NCBI GenBank assembly: GCA_024277855.1 | Contig: JAJRUJ010000113.1 | Span: 8,889 to 72,888, forward strand | DNA length: 64,000 nt | Source of the DNA: Candidatus Zixiibacteriota bacterium | GTDB taxonomy: Bacteria; Zixibacteria; MSB-5A5; WJJR01; JAJRUJ01 | Direction: 5' to 3' | Shown here: one piece after another, positions 1 through 10,029 of the stretch | Layout: each line of letters starts with the position of its first letter | Numbering within the stretch: position 1 is the first letter of the stretch | Program-made: the position numbers and the translations under genes | The notes under the pieces: model-generated | What the model saw: the letters and a program-made list of their open reading frames with translations, nothing else | Database searches by the model: none | Told to the model about the DNA's origin: nothing

Positions 1-141
1 TTTCAGAAGGGGATACAGGCCCGGAAGGGTATCGATTTTTGACCATACTCTCCGGGTAAATCCATTACCGCCCACCCGCTCCCTCTGTTCGTCAAAACCT
101 GCTGTGCGGGAGTGATTTTCCGACCGCCCCACCAAGGGAAA

Positions 142-160
142 TTATCGGTTTTGCCGATAA
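142..160. promoter_or_regulatory. Perfect inverted repeat TTATCGG-N5-CCGATAA 8 bp upstream of the response-regulator ATG; candidate operator
   Basis: Read directly: ttatcgg ttttg ccgataa at 142-160; the ATG of the downstream ORF is at 168. Confidence 0.35.
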
Positions 161-167
161 ACATAGT

Positions 168-1673
168 ATGGCGACCGGTACATTTACACCCATGACCGGC
201 ACTTGTGCTAACGCATTGGTCGTCGATGACGATCCGGAAATTATTCAGGTGCTTGCCGAATGTCTCGGACAGGAGGACGACCTGAATATCTATACCGCGA
301 CCTCCGCGATTGAAGCGACGAATATGTTGTCGGCACACCGTGTCGATGTACTCGTGGCCGACCTCTACCTCGGTGAGGGGTCGTCGGGGGTTGACATTAT
401 TCGCCGCGCCAAAGAGTTGAACCCCGAAACAGTCTCGATTATGATCACCGGTTATCCGACGCTGGAGACTGCTGTCTCGTTACTCAAGTTGGGTGGGTTC
501 GATTTCTTCGTCAAACCATTTGAGCTAAACGCGGTGCGCGGGGCGGTCCGTCGCGGGTTGGACCGGCTGCGGCTGACCCGGGAAAATATGCGACTCCGGG
601 AACAGGTCGCTATCTCCCGGCTGATGCAGGCGGTTGGTTCGACTGTCGAGTTGGATGAGATTCTGGAAATGGTGATCGGCACCGCATTACGCGAACTCTC
701 GGCGGATGCGGCATCGATTCTCCTGAAAGATGAGACCGGCAACGGCCTCGAACTACGGGGACTGGACGGGCGGGTTGCCGACCAAAACGATGCAGAATTT
801 CTTTATGGGCGGGATGATCTTTCCCGGACAGTGCTCCTGACGGGCAGCCCGAAAATTCTTGATCGCGGACAATTCGACATGTTCGAGAATTCCCCGGGCG
901 AGAGTCCCTCCTGTGTGTATATTTCGCAACCGCTGCTGGCCAAGGGCGCCGTTATCGGCATACTCAATCTTGTCCGACAGGGACAAATCGCAGATCTGAC
1001 CGAGGGAGCTTTCCGCTCGGCGGGACTGGTTGCCGGCCAGGCCGCGGTGGCAATCGAAAACGCCCGGCTGTATAAAAACCTGCACAGCGCCTATCTCGAT
1101 ACCATTGCCTCCCTGGCCAACGCCATCGAAATCCGCGATTCCTATACCCGGGGCCATACCGACCGGGTCCGGCTGGCGGCCGAAGCGATTGCGACCAAGC
1201 TGGGGTGGGATTCCGACCGCTTGTTTGATCTGTGGATGTGCTGTACGCTGCATGATGTCGGCAAAATCGGCGTGCCGGACCGCATCCTCAACAAGCCGGG
1301 GAAACTGACCGATGAGGAATTCCGGATTATGCGCACGCATCCGGTGATCGGGGCCAAAATTGTTGAAGATGTCCCCTTCCTCGGTCCGGCGCTCCCCTAT
1401 ATCCTTTACCATCATGAACGATGGGACGGAGCCGGTTATCCCGAGGGGCTGAAAGGCGAGGATATTCCGATTGAGGGCCGCATCCTCTCGGTGGCCGACA
1501 CCTTTGACGCGATTATCTCTGACCGCCCCTATCGCAAAGGCGGGCCAATCGAGCGGGCGGTCGATGAGTTGAAACTCCATGCGGGCACACAATTCGACCC
1601 GGAGATCGTCGAGGCATTCCTCGAACTGCTATCCGAACACAATCTCACCTGGCTGCCGAGCAACCCTGAATAA
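168..1673 (+). CDS. Response regulator with REC, GAF and HD-GYP domains (putative c-di-GMP phosphodiesterase)
   Basis: N-terminal VVDDDPE...DVLVADLYL receiver motifs, a central GAF-like region, and a C-terminal HD-GYP signature (HDVGKIGVP...HHERWDGAGYP). The true start may be the second ATG at 192. Confidence 0.8.
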   Translation: MATGTFTPMTGTCANALVVDDDPEIIQVLAECLGQEDDLNIYTATSAIEATNMLSAHRVDVLVADLYLGEGSSGVDIIRRAKELNPETVSIMITGYPTLETAVSLLKLGGFDFFVKPFELNAVRGAVRRGLDRLRLTRENMRLREQVAISRLMQAVGSTVELDEILEMVIGTALRELSADAASILLKDETGNGLELRGLDGRVADQNDAEFLYGRDDLSRTVLLTGSPKILDRGQFDMFENSPGESPSCVYISQPLLAKGAVIGILNLVRQGQIADLTEGAFRSAGLVAGQAAVAIENARLYKNLHSAYLDTIASLANAIEIRDSYTRGHTDRVRLAAEAIATKLGWDSDRLFDLWMCCTLHDVGKIGVPDRILNKPGKLTDEEFRIMRTHPVIGAKIVEDVPFLGPALPYILYHHERWDGAGYPEGLKGEDIPIEGRILSVADTFDAIISDRPYRKGGPIERAVDELKLHAGTQFDPEIVEAFLELLSEHNLTWLPSNPE

Positions 1674-1796
1674 TCAGTATCTTTTCCCCTAAATATTACT
1701 GCGTGACCCGTGCGTCCGGGTGGTGTATTATACGCTGGTTGCGGGAGAACAGACTCGCGGTCTCAAGCGCGTCCGCCCGGCAATAAACTGGTTGCG

Positions 1797-3692
1797 ATGA
1801 AGCAAAAAAAACAAAAGAAAGCCGTCACCGGGCAGCGCAAGCCGGGAAGGGCAAGCCATTCCACGATCATCCTGTGGGCGGCGGGAATTATCCTGGCCGT
1901 CGTCGCGATTGTCATCGCCGCTTCCGGCACCCCGTTTTTTCAGGACGATGCGTATATCTCCTTTCGTTTTGTGCACAACTATCTTGCCGGCGAGGGCCTG
2001 GTTTTCAATTATGGCGAACAAGTCGAGGGATATACGAATTTCCTCTGGGTCATCCTGCTGACCTTGAGCGCAAAACTCGGTTTCAAACTGGAATCGGCGG
2101 CCCGCTGGCTGGGGATAATTTTCTCCGGCGGGACAGTGATCGTCGCGGTGTTTTTGGCGCGCCGGGTGCTAAAAGGTTTTTCTCGTCGCTGGACGCTCGC
2201 CGGGTCGGTTGCGGTCGGGTTTTGGGTGGCGGTCAATCCGGCAATGGAATACTGGTCGGTGGCCGGGCTGGAAACGGCGATGTTTGCCTTCTTGGTTACC
2301 TTGACCCTTGAACGTCTGCTGGCCGGTTCACCAGTCTGCTGGAGTGTGGCCGTGCTGGCCACCCTGACCCGGCCGGAGGGCGGGTTATTATTCGTCCTGT
2401 GCTATGCCTGGTACCTGCTACGACAGCCGCAAACCATCACCGCACGCTGGATGAAGCCGCTTTTATATTACGTCCTGCCGTTGCTGCCGTTCGCCGCGTT
2501 CAAATTCATGTATTACGGTTCGATTTTCCCCAACCCATTTTACGCCAAGACCGGGTTCTCTCCGGAGTATTGGCAGAGCGGGCTTCAATACTGTTGGTTA
2601 TACTTGCAGCACTTCGGCCTTTGGGGGGTCTTGCCGGTCATGATCGTGATCGGACTGGTCCGCAGCGGGTGGAGATCGCCGGTCGGGCTGGCGGCCGGTT
2701 TCTGGCTGGTCTACACGTTGTATGTCATTTCCGTCGGGGGCGACGTTTTGCGGGCGCATCGCTTTTTTGTGCCGATCTGGCCGGTTTTCTCAATCGCGGC
2801 GGTCGCCGGTTTCCTGATGTTGTTGCGTTTGTTCAAACCAAAGACAGTTATTTTCGGCGGGGCATGTGTGGTCCTGCTTGGCGTCGGGATATATCAGAAA
2901 TTGTATTCTGCGGAATACTTCGCCTACTCACGCCGACTTGAGTTGGGCATCGTTGAGAAGATGCGGACGGTGGCCTCGCTGTTGAAACAAACCGACAACC
3001 GGAGGTTTTCGATCGCGGTATCGACAATCGGCCGCCTCGGGTATGACCTGCCCGGTCAGACGGTGATCGATATGCTGGGCCTGACCGACTCCACCGTCGC
3101 CAAACATCCCGAAAAAATCCCGGGAATGCAGACGACCTGGCGGGAAAGGCATTTCAACGCGGGATACGTCCTTTCGCGCGATCCCGATTACATCCTGTTT
3201 TCGACCGGGTACAAACCATCCGCCCCGGCCGAACGGGCGTTGGTGCTGCACTCGAAATTCCGGCAGAACTATTATGTCGCCCTCTACCCCGCGCCGCGTC
3301 TAAACCGCAACCTGGCGGTATATAAACGCAAGGGCGATTTTAATAAACCAGATTCGGTCTGGCCCGATCTGCAACTGGCCAACGACTTCAACGATGGGAT
3401 GAATTATCTTATCGCGCAAAAGACCCAGGATGCCATGGACACTTTCAATCGGATGCTGGTTAACGGCCCGAAGGATTACTCCATGCCCTACAATTGGCTG
3501 GCCCTTGTGTATATGCGTTCACAACGCTTTTCGGAAGCGCTGGCTTACGCTGATTCGGCCCTGCAAATCAACCCCTACTCTGTTTCGGCGCTGACTTCTC
3601 AATACGATATCCTGATGACGATAGGCGATACCGCCCAGGCAAAGAAAGTCGGGGTGCGGATTGCCCGGATCTGCCCCTGGTTGGCGCGCTGA
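1797..3692 (+). CDS. Polytopic membrane glycosyltransferase (GT39/ArnT/PMT-like) with C-terminal TPR repeats
   Basis: More than 10 hydrophobic segments, a DD motif in the first loop (FFQDDAYISF), and a C-terminal TPR-like region. The ORF track starts at GTG 1710; the in-frame ATG at 1797 (MKQKKQKK) is preferred. Confidence 0.5.
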   Translation: MKQKKQKKAVTGQRKPGRASHSTIILWAAGIILAVVAIVIAASGTPFFQDDAYISFRFVHNYLAGEGLVFNYGEQVEGYTNFLWVILLTLSAKLGFKLESAARWLGIIFSGGTVIVAVFLARRVLKGFSRRWTLAGSVAVGFWVAVNPAMEYWSVAGLETAMFAFLVTLTLERLLAGSPVCWSVAVLATLTRPEGGLLFVLCYAWYLLRQPQTITARWMKPLLYYVLPLLPFAAFKFMYYGSIFPNPFYAKTGFSPEYWQSGLQYCWLYLQHFGLWGVLPVMIVIGLVRSGWRSPVGLAAGFWLVYTLYVISVGGDVLRAHRFFVPIWPVFSIAAVAGFLMLLRLFKPKTVIFGGACVVLLGVGIYQKLYSAEYFAYSRRLELGIVEKMRTVASLLKQTDNRRFSIAVSTIGRLGYDLPGQTVIDMLGLTDSTVAKHPEKIPGMQTTWRERHFNAGYVLSRDPDYILFSTGYKPSAPAERALVLHSKFRQNYYVALYPAPRLNRNLAVYKRKGDFNKPDSVWPDLQLANDFNDGMNYLIAQKTQDAMDTFNRMLVNGPKDYSMPYNWLALVYMRSQRFSEALAYADSALQINPYSVSALTSQYDILMTIGDTAQAKKVGVRIARICPWLAR

Positions 3693-3804
3693 GCCAACCT
3701 TGTCATAATTCTTTGTATAACAATGCCGTACAAAGAGGCGTCGGACGGCCCGCCGAGAAATTGGTTGACTTTTTCGTCTCGGATCGTATATCTAAAAGCA
3801 GAGT

Positions 3805-3881
3805 GCGGGAATAGCTCAGCTGGCTAGAGCACCACCTTGCCAAGGTGGATGTCGCGGGTTCGAACCCCGTTTCCCGCTCCA
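3805..3881 (+). tRNA. tRNA-Gly (anticodon GCC), CCA encoded
   Basis: Cloverleaf folded by hand: acceptor gcgggaa/ttcccgc, D stem gctc/gagc, anticodon stem ccacc/ggtgg with loop ttGCCaa, T stem gcggg/cccgt with loop ttcgaac, and 3' tCCA. Confidence 0.9.
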
Positions 3882-3888
3882 AATTTAG

Positions 3889-3918
3889 CCCCGGGTCAAT
3901 GGCCCGGGGTATTTATTT
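3889..3918 (+). terminator. Rho-independent terminator after tRNA-Gly
   Basis: Hairpin ccccggg-tcaatgg-cccgggg followed by the T-rich tract tatttattt. Confidence 0.6.
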
Positions 3919-4428
3919 GTAATCGTGACGGCAATTCGTGCCGTAACTGGGACTTTATCTTCGCTAAAACACCTGTGAAACGGCCATAATTTATTGTCTA
4001 ATAATACATTGCTGGCATTTTGTTTGATCACATCGACAAAAATAGGAACATGTATACAATATATAAAGTATATGCAAACACTTTACATATCGTGATCTGC
4101 ATTTTTGGATCGGCTCGCGTTGATGCTAAACAACATTCTGAAATACCATGCACTCCCCTTCCCGGCCTTGCTTACCAACTCGGATTGATCTTGACCAACT
4201 CACTGACATCCTGTATCTTGTTATAGTTAGGATCGACCACGGAATTATTACCTGCCGAGGAGGGTAACATGGCAGTCAGATTCCGACTCCTTTCTGGAAT
4301 TCCACTGAATATCCTAGTGCATACCCACCTTTCGTCTATGAATCCAATGACCTTGGGCCGTGTGATCCGTATGAATAGAAAGGTACATCCCACATTGTAG
4401 CTTGTTACCCGGCAAATGGGAGTGAGAA

Positions 4429-5322
4429 ATGGACTATGTGAATCCGGAGAAAATATCCTTAAAAGATCACCCCGAATTCAATGAGAAGTGGGTGCAAGAT
4501 CGCATTGCCGAGAATCCGTCGATTCTATGTCTCGGTGATTTGATTCTCAAAGATCAAGAGCGTTTGCAACCGCGTGCAGGTCGGTTAGATTTACTGCTTC
4601 AAGATGCTGACTCCAATCGACGTTATGAGGTTGAATTACAGTTGGGGCGTACTGATGAGTCCCATATAATAAGGACGATAGAATACTGGGATATTGAGAA
4701 GAAACGATTTCCACAATACGACCACTGTGCAGTTATTATTGCTGAAGACATCACCAGTCGTTTTCTGAATGTCATCGGGCTGTTCAATGGATTTATTCCC
4801 CTGATTGCTGTCCAGATGATGGCATTGAGGATTGAGAATCAAATTGCGCTTGTGTTCACAACTGTCTTAGACGAGCTGAATCTCGGGATGGAAGAGGATG
4901 AAGAACCGGCTGAAATTACCGACAGGGCGTATTGGGAAAATGGGCGAGGCACAGTTGCCACCGTCAGACTTGCCGATATGTGTTTAGAGTTGATTCATGG
5001 CTTCGCGCCAGACCTTGAATTAAAATACAATAAGTTCTACGTCGGCCTCGCCAAAGATTCTCAGCCAAACAACTTCGCACTTTTTCGCCCTCAGAAAAAG
5101 TATCTCATATTGGAAGTCCGGTTGAAGGAATCAGCGGAAATACAGGAGAGGTTGGAAAATGCCGGTCTCGAAATTATGGATTACAAAAAACGCGACCAAC
5201 GCTATCGTATCCGCCTTACGACAACGGAGATTAAAGAAAACCAAGACGTCCTTGTCAAACTGATGAAAGATAGTTATGTCAATGGCGGTGGCATTTTGAA
5301 GGAACGTAATACCGAACAGTAG
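4429..5322 (+). CDS. Hypothetical protein, possibly PD-(D/E)xK/Hjc-like nuclease fold, in an AT-rich islet
   Basis: 297-aa ORF with a GGGAGTGAG RBS-like sequence upstream. The motif GRLDLLLQD...YEVELQ resembles the G-x-D...E-V-(E/K) nuclease core but is atypical. Local GC is far lower than in the flanks. Confidence 0.45.
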   Translation: MDYVNPEKISLKDHPEFNEKWVQDRIAENPSILCLGDLILKDQERLQPRAGRLDLLLQDADSNRRYEVELQLGRTDESHIIRTIEYWDIEKKRFPQYDHCAVIIAEDITSRFLNVIGLFNGFIPLIAVQMMALRIENQIALVFTTVLDELNLGMEEDEEPAEITDRAYWENGRGTVATVRLADMCLELIHGFAPDLELKYNKFYVGLAKDSQPNNFALFRPQKKYLILEVRLKESAEIQERLENAGLEIMDYKKRDQRYRIRLTTTEIKENQDVLVKLMKDSYVNGGGILKERNTEQ

Positions 5323-5595
5323 AATGATTTCACAGAATCGGCCGGATGGCAACAAAAACCCACCACACCACAAGCGGGCAAGCCCGCCCCCTACGGTGGC
5401 CTGACCCTGCGAGTCACCGGGTTACGGCACTACACACAAAACGGAAACGAAAATGGATTCCTGCTCACCGCCCGCCAAGGCGGGCCGCGTCGGGAATGAC
5501 ATACTGTTATCGTCTGCTGTCGGTCTTTTCCAGGTAATTGAGGCGATCCTTGAAACCCGGAGCGAAGCTCCGGGCCACGCCAGCCCACCATTGAA

Positions 5596-7011
5596 CTATT
5601 TCGGGCAGATGGCCTCGATAAGATTGAGGCCGTTGGCGAGGACGCGATATTGCGGGTATTCTTCGGTCATTAATAAACGACCATCGCGGTCATAAACTTT
5701 GCAAACCAGATCATAGACACCGGGTTCAATTTCAAAATCGCCGACCAGTACCCGTCCCGGCAAAAGTTGAGCCGAGCGGAGGTCGGCGTTTTCGGTAAGG
5801 TCGGTGACCGCGTCGATTGCCGCTTTTTTCAACCAGCCCCCCAATCCCCCGGTGTCGGCATCTTTTTTAAGTTTGTGGGAGGCGAGGGCCTTGGCCACGG
5901 CGCGGATGATCGTGCGGACATAAATCAACGATTTGTTCGCCTCGAATGTTTCTTTCCCGACCAAGCCGACATCTTCCAATAGCGCCAGCCGGCCCAACTC
6001 TTCACCATCGGCAAACACCCGCACGTCACCGACAATCGAGGGCCGGGTTTCGAGACGCGGAATAGCAAATTTGAAATAATAATCGACACCGAGATTGAGC
6101 GGGAGATGCTGGTAGACCGCCTCCTTGCCGTCGGTGTCGGTGTAGAGCACCTGCACCAGTTCGAGGTCTTTGTCCGAGCGCAGCCGAAGATTGAACGCCT
6201 CTTTGCGCGGGCCAAGACCGGTCAGCGCCACCGCCGAAAGGATTGTCCCTTCCCGCGCCCGATACCGGAGTTCCGGCATGGGGAAATCATAAACCAGCGG
6301 TTGGGTATCGAAGGCCTCGACAATGCGATCATAATCGATGCGGGCATCGTCGAATTTGCCCACGGCGGCGTACAGACGCATACTCAGATAATGGGCGAAA
6401 GCATCGGTGTAGAACTGGACGGTTTCCGGTTTATATTCAAGTTTGACCTCCCGGGCATCCTTGTCGCTCTCGCGGCCTTTATTCAATTCCCTGGCGGCGT
6501 CGGCATATTTTTGTTCGAGTAACTGGAGTTTTTCGTTGACCCGGCGGATTTCGACAAAGGCCTCATCGAATTGTTCAAGGGCGATATAGTTGAGCGCCTT
6601 GATCAGGTTGATATAGAGGTCTTCGTAGTCTTCGCCGGCATACTCAAGAACATTGTCGTTGAGCAATGCCGAGGCCGCCGCCCGGGAGACGCTTTTGGTG
6701 AACAACTCCTGCACCGCCAGGTCGGCCTGCTGGAGGATTTCGTTGCTCGCCTGATATTCACCGGCATAATGCCGGGCCAGGCCGTCATCGATAAAGTAGA
6801 GCAGACGGTCTTTGTGACCGAATTTATTTTTTGCGTTGGCTTCGTCGAGTTTAACCACCGCCGAATCGTAGCGTTCGGCGCGGATGTCGGCGATTATCGG
6901 GTCGTAAAAATCCCGCCGGGTGGCCATCGACGAACAACCCGCCAGCAGGGCCGCGACAAGTAACAACCCTGCGGGAAATACTCTGATCAGCTGCGCACGG
7001 GGGGCGACCAT
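5596..7011 (-). CDS. Large lipoprotein of unknown function
   Basis: Signal peptide with lipobox (LLAGC|SS). 471 aa, adjacent to and co-oriented with the LpoB-like gene. Confidence 0.6.
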   Translation of the reverse strand: MVAPRAQLIRVFPAGLLLVAALLAGCSSMATRRDFYDPIIADIRAERYDSAVVKLDEANAKNKFGHKDRLLYFIDDGLARHYAGEYQASNEILQQADLAVQELFTKSVSRAAASALLNDNVLEYAGEDYEDLYINLIKALNYIALEQFDEAFVEIRRVNEKLQLLEQKYADAARELNKGRESDKDAREVKLEYKPETVQFYTDAFAHYLSMRLYAAVGKFDDARIDYDRIVEAFDTQPLVYDFPMPELRYRAREGTILSAVALTGLGPRKEAFNLRLRSDKDLELVQVLYTDTDGKEAVYQHLPLNLGVDYYFKFAIPRLETRPSIVGDVRVFADGEELGRLALLEDVGLVGKETFEANKSLIYVRTIIRAVAKALASHKLKKDADTGGLGGWLKKAAIDAVTDLTENADLRSAQLLPGRVLVGDFEIEPGVYDLVCKVYDRDGRLLMTEEYPQYRVLANGLNLIEAICPK

Positions 7012-7611
7012 TTACGGTTTCCACTTGCCCTGGGAGATCCCCTTTTTGATTTTTTTGGTGCCGATCCAGACTTTTTCCATTGATTCGATATTAATCAATT
7101 CGAGGTCGGTTTGGTAAAAGACGACTTTCTTGCCGCCTTCCTGGTCGACGATGGTTTTGATCGCGCCCAGCAAGGCGAAGTCCGCCCCGGTTTCGGCCTT
7201 GAGTTGTTTCATTGTCGCCGCCGAGGCCCATTCCTGCTGATCGGTGCGTTCGCTGCGCAGTTCGGCCCGTTGATCACGGCGGGCGACAAACCGCACTTGC
7301 CCGGAATTGGTCAGTTCGCGCTCAAAATCCGAGGTGAATGTTTCGGTGTTGATATGTTCGGAAGTCATATTGCGGATAGTGCCGACGGTGACGACCGGCT
7401 TTTTACCGGCCGAGGCGACAAAGTCAGTGAGCCACGGCCGTCGGAGACAGTCGTTAATCATCTCTTCGGCCACGAGACGTGAATCGGTATCGTTCCACGA
7501 GCCGCTTAAGTCGGTCTGGGTGTTGGGTTCCATCCGGGTAACCTGCCGACCCGAACCGGCGCAGCCGACCATCAACACGGCCAACAACAGTAATACGAAC
7601 ATTTTCTTCAT
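7012..7611 (-). CDS. LpoB-like lipoprotein (COG3417-type, putative PBP activator family)
   Basis: Lipobox MVGC|AG. The residue pattern (TVGTIRNMT...FTSDFERELTNSGQVRFVARRD...FALLGAIKTIV) matches the LpoB family from memory. Confidence 0.5.
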   Translation of the reverse strand: MKKMFVLLLLAVLMVGCAGSGRQVTRMEPNTQTDLSGSWNDTDSRLVAEEMINDCLRRPWLTDFVASAGKKPVVTVGTIRNMTSEHINTETFTSDFERELTNSGQVRFVARRDQRAELRSERTDQQEWASAATMKQLKAETGADFALLGAIKTIVDQEGGKKVVFYQTDLELINIESMEKVWIGTKKIKKGISQGKWKP

Positions 7612-7781
7612 CGTAACCCCTCTCCTTTATCTCGTTAGGACTATTACAATCGGCCCTGGTGTTCGGACTCATTTCTCCCCTGCCGGAAGATTGATAGGAA
7701 GAGCGGTGTGGGTTGTCAATGGGAGAAATGCCCCCGGCCTGATGGCCGGGGGTTGTGAGACCTGCGGGAAGGCGAGGCGGA

Positions 7782-8966
7782 CTACCAGGAAAACTGCCAG
7801 GAGGTTGTGTCAGGCACGGTTATTTTTTTGCGGACGATGGCCCCGTCGTCATAGCGCAGGGTCATTTCATATTTTGCACCGCCCGGGGTCAGGGCGGCCG
7901 AGGGATAGACATCCAGGTACCAGTAGCCGGTCGAATCGGAAGTCGTCGATTTCTCGAATGGTGAGACAACGATATCGGCATAACGCACCGGAACCGATAT
8001 CATCCGCGTCGCTATGGTCACGCCTTCGATTGCCGTGCCGGTGAGATCATAAACCCAGCCGTAAACACGGCACAACTCCGGATCGACCGGCGATCCCGGA
8101 TCGAACACTGTCGCCCAAATCGTATCACGGAGACTGTCGCCGGAAACTGCAATCCCGATCGCCGGGGTCGTGAATTGGTAGTTGTTGGCAGTGGCATAGA
8201 TATCGTAACCGACGTCGTTCAAAGTCATCGACGCCCAACCGTCGGCCCCGGTGATACACTCATGTTTTTTGGTCTGGTCGGCAGCAAGTTTGACTGTCAG
8301 ATGGACACCTTCGATAGAACCGGTGTCGGCATCATCGAGCACCAGGAGGCGGACAGGGGTAGGACCGGGACCGGTCGTGCTCTGGTAATCGGACTTGGTG
8401 GCATCGCGGGCGCCGTCGACATCGAGGACAATCGCCGAATCGACCGCCCGCCGAACTACGTTACTGTCGGTGCGAGCGAACGTATTAACCAGCGCGCCGC
8501 CCATAACCGTCGGACTGCCGCCATAACCGGCGACATTTTTATTCCAGATGTCGGTCACGGCTTGGCTTGAGATTCCCATTTCATTGTTTCGGCCAACCGG
8601 ACCGCCGTCAACCACGGTATAGGAATAGGTTATATGAGGGTTTCGCCCGGACACGCCGTATGTACGCACCTGTACCCAATACGCCCCCAGAGAATCGACA
8701 TCGGCAGAACCTCTGAAGGAAACAGCATAAAGACCGGTGCGTGAACCGTGGGAAGACATCACCTTCGCTGAATCGAAGGCCCGCCCGTTATAAAAGCGGA
8801 CCGCCCAGGCCGAATCGCAGTCGGCAGCGTTGCCCAGCGTATCGTTTACCGCAAAGGTGACATAAATCGTGTCGGTGTCGGCATCGCCGACGATGGCGGG
8901 AGTGACCCCGGCCAGCGCGGGCGGAATAATGGCAACTAACAGCAAAATCGTGGCGAGGATTTTCAT
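7782..8966 (-). CDS. Secreted protein with a C-terminal carboxypeptidase-regulatory-like (Ig-like) domain
   Basis: N-terminal signal peptide MKILATILLLVAIIPPALAG. C-terminal region CRVYGWVYDLTGTAIEGVTIAT. Overlaps the upstream gene by 4 nt. Confidence 0.55.
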   Translation of the reverse strand: MKILATILLLVAIIPPALAGVTPAIVGDADTDTIYVTFAVNDTLGNAADCDSAWAVRFYNGRAFDSAKVMSSHGSRTGLYAVSFRGSADVDSLGAYWVQVRTYGVSGRNPHITYSYTVVDGGPVGRNNEMGISSQAVTDIWNKNVAGYGGSPTVMGGALVNTFARTDSNVVRRAVDSAIVLDVDGARDATKSDYQSTTGPGPTPVRLLVLDDADTGSIEGVHLTVKLAADQTKKHECITGADGWASMTLNDVGYDIYATANNYQFTTPAIGIAVSGDSLRDTIWATVFDPGSPVDPELCRVYGWVYDLTGTAIEGVTIATRMISVPVRYADIVVSPFEKSTTSDSTGYWYLDVYPSAALTPGGAKYEMTLRYDDGAIVRKKITVPDTTSWQFSW

Positions 8967-9595
8967 TTGAGATACGCTCCCCGGTAGATAGGTTTGTCGA
9001 TTGAAGCCGGCCGGCGCACCAGCGCCGCCGTTTGACCGGTAAACGGCGCGTAAACCGAAACGTCATTGTGCAACATCGCCTGTGCAGTAAGCGTGTCCGG
9101 CCAGGCACCGAATGACAGCGACCTGATAAACATCGAATCGCCGACCGTATGCTGCTGGCTGGAGTATTCGAGGTAGATCCCGTCGGAACCCAGACCGCCC
9201 GGCGACCAGACCAGCAGTGCATAACGATTCCCGACGGTTACCTCAACCGACGTATGCAGGACAAAAGCATTCCATTCCGCATCGCCGCCGTTGTCGGGCA
9301 CCCAGACTGAATCAGAAGTCTCCAAAAGGACGAAAGTACCCGCCCCGTCGTCGGAGTAAATGGCGGCCTGGGCGCGCAGTTGAAACGTCGTATTGCAGTA
9401 GAGGAACGCCCAGACGGTATCAACTGCGCGAGTCGAATCGCATTCATATGTGCCGCCGGTGATATAATTTTCAATATCGCTCTCGGCACTCAGTTCTGTG
9501 GTATTGCCGAGAAAACCGGCCTGCGCCAGAATCGGCGAGGCGAGAAATAACGGAGATAGCAGTACAATAAGCGGCGTGATCTTTCTTGTTCTCAT
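8963..9595 (-). CDS. Secreted hypothetical protein
   Basis: Signal peptide MRTRKITPLIVLLSPLFLASPILAQA starting at the internal ATG (rev-comp cat at 9593-9595). The ORF track extends to 9742. Confidence 0.5.
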   Translation of the reverse strand: MRTRKITPLIVLLSPLFLASPILAQAGFLGNTTELSAESDIENYITGGTYECDSTRAVDTVWAFLYCNTTFQLRAQAAIYSDDGAGTFVLLETSDSVWVPDNGGDAEWNAFVLHTSVEVTVGNRYALLVWSPGGLGSDGIYLEYSSQQHTVGDSMFIRSLSFGAWPDTLTAQAMLHNDVSVYAPFTGQTAALVRRPASIDKPIYRGAYLK

Positions 9596-9659
9596 CGCAA
9601 TTCCTTTGCAGCGGCACCCGGCGGCACGGACTGTCGGCGCACCAGCTTCAGTTGTCGGG

Positions 9660-9995
9660 TCAATTGACCGAACTGCCCTGCAAACCGGATTTTTGTTCTT
9701 TCTTGATCTTTTCAATCCATTCCGCAAACACCCGGCGGACATCGACCTCCGGGGTCAATTTGTGTTTGAATTCGAGTAGCTTCAGCACGTCGGCCAACCG
9801 AACATCCGGCGTTTTTCTCCCGATCGCCTCAAGGGCCAACGCCAACAGCTCTTCAATAATCTGCAGGTCCTCCGATGCCGCGGATTGCGTGGAACTACCG
9901 CGAGTCGCCATCGTTGGCCTTTCCCGCACCGCGATTAACTGCGACCTGTTCGATAATTCGGCCCAGTTCAGGCGAGCGGCAAAACCCGCCGTCAC
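9660..9995 (-). CDS. Hypothetical protein (phage-like cluster)
   Basis: ORF in an operon-like array with 20-76 nt gaps. Confidence 0.4.
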   Translation of the reverse strand: MTAGFAARLNWAELSNRSQLIAVRERPTMATRGSSTQSAASEDLQIIEELLALALEAIGRKTPDVRLADVLKLLEFKHKLTPEVDVRRVFAEWIEKIKKEQKSGLQGSSVN

Positions 9996-10029
9996 AGACG
10001 GCCGTCCTTCCCGGATGCATCTTCATCAA

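Noticed and set aside
3-338. 111-aa minus-strand ORF at the window start
   Set aside because: It overlaps the well-supported response-regulator gene on the opposite strand and has no motifs or RBS; it is GC-rich spurious frame openness.
3882-5600. attL/attR direct repeat of the tRNA-Gly 3' end flanking the AT-rich islet
   Set aside because: I searched 5.3-5.6 kb by eye for gggttcgaaccccgtttcccgctcca fragments and found none. The island call therefore rests on composition only.
5346-5695. Small plus-strand ORFs (63 and 80 aa) between the islet ORF and the lipoprotein gene
   Set aside because: No RBS and Arg/Pro-rich low-complexity translation. The region instead contains three GC-rich hairpins that look like convergent terminators.
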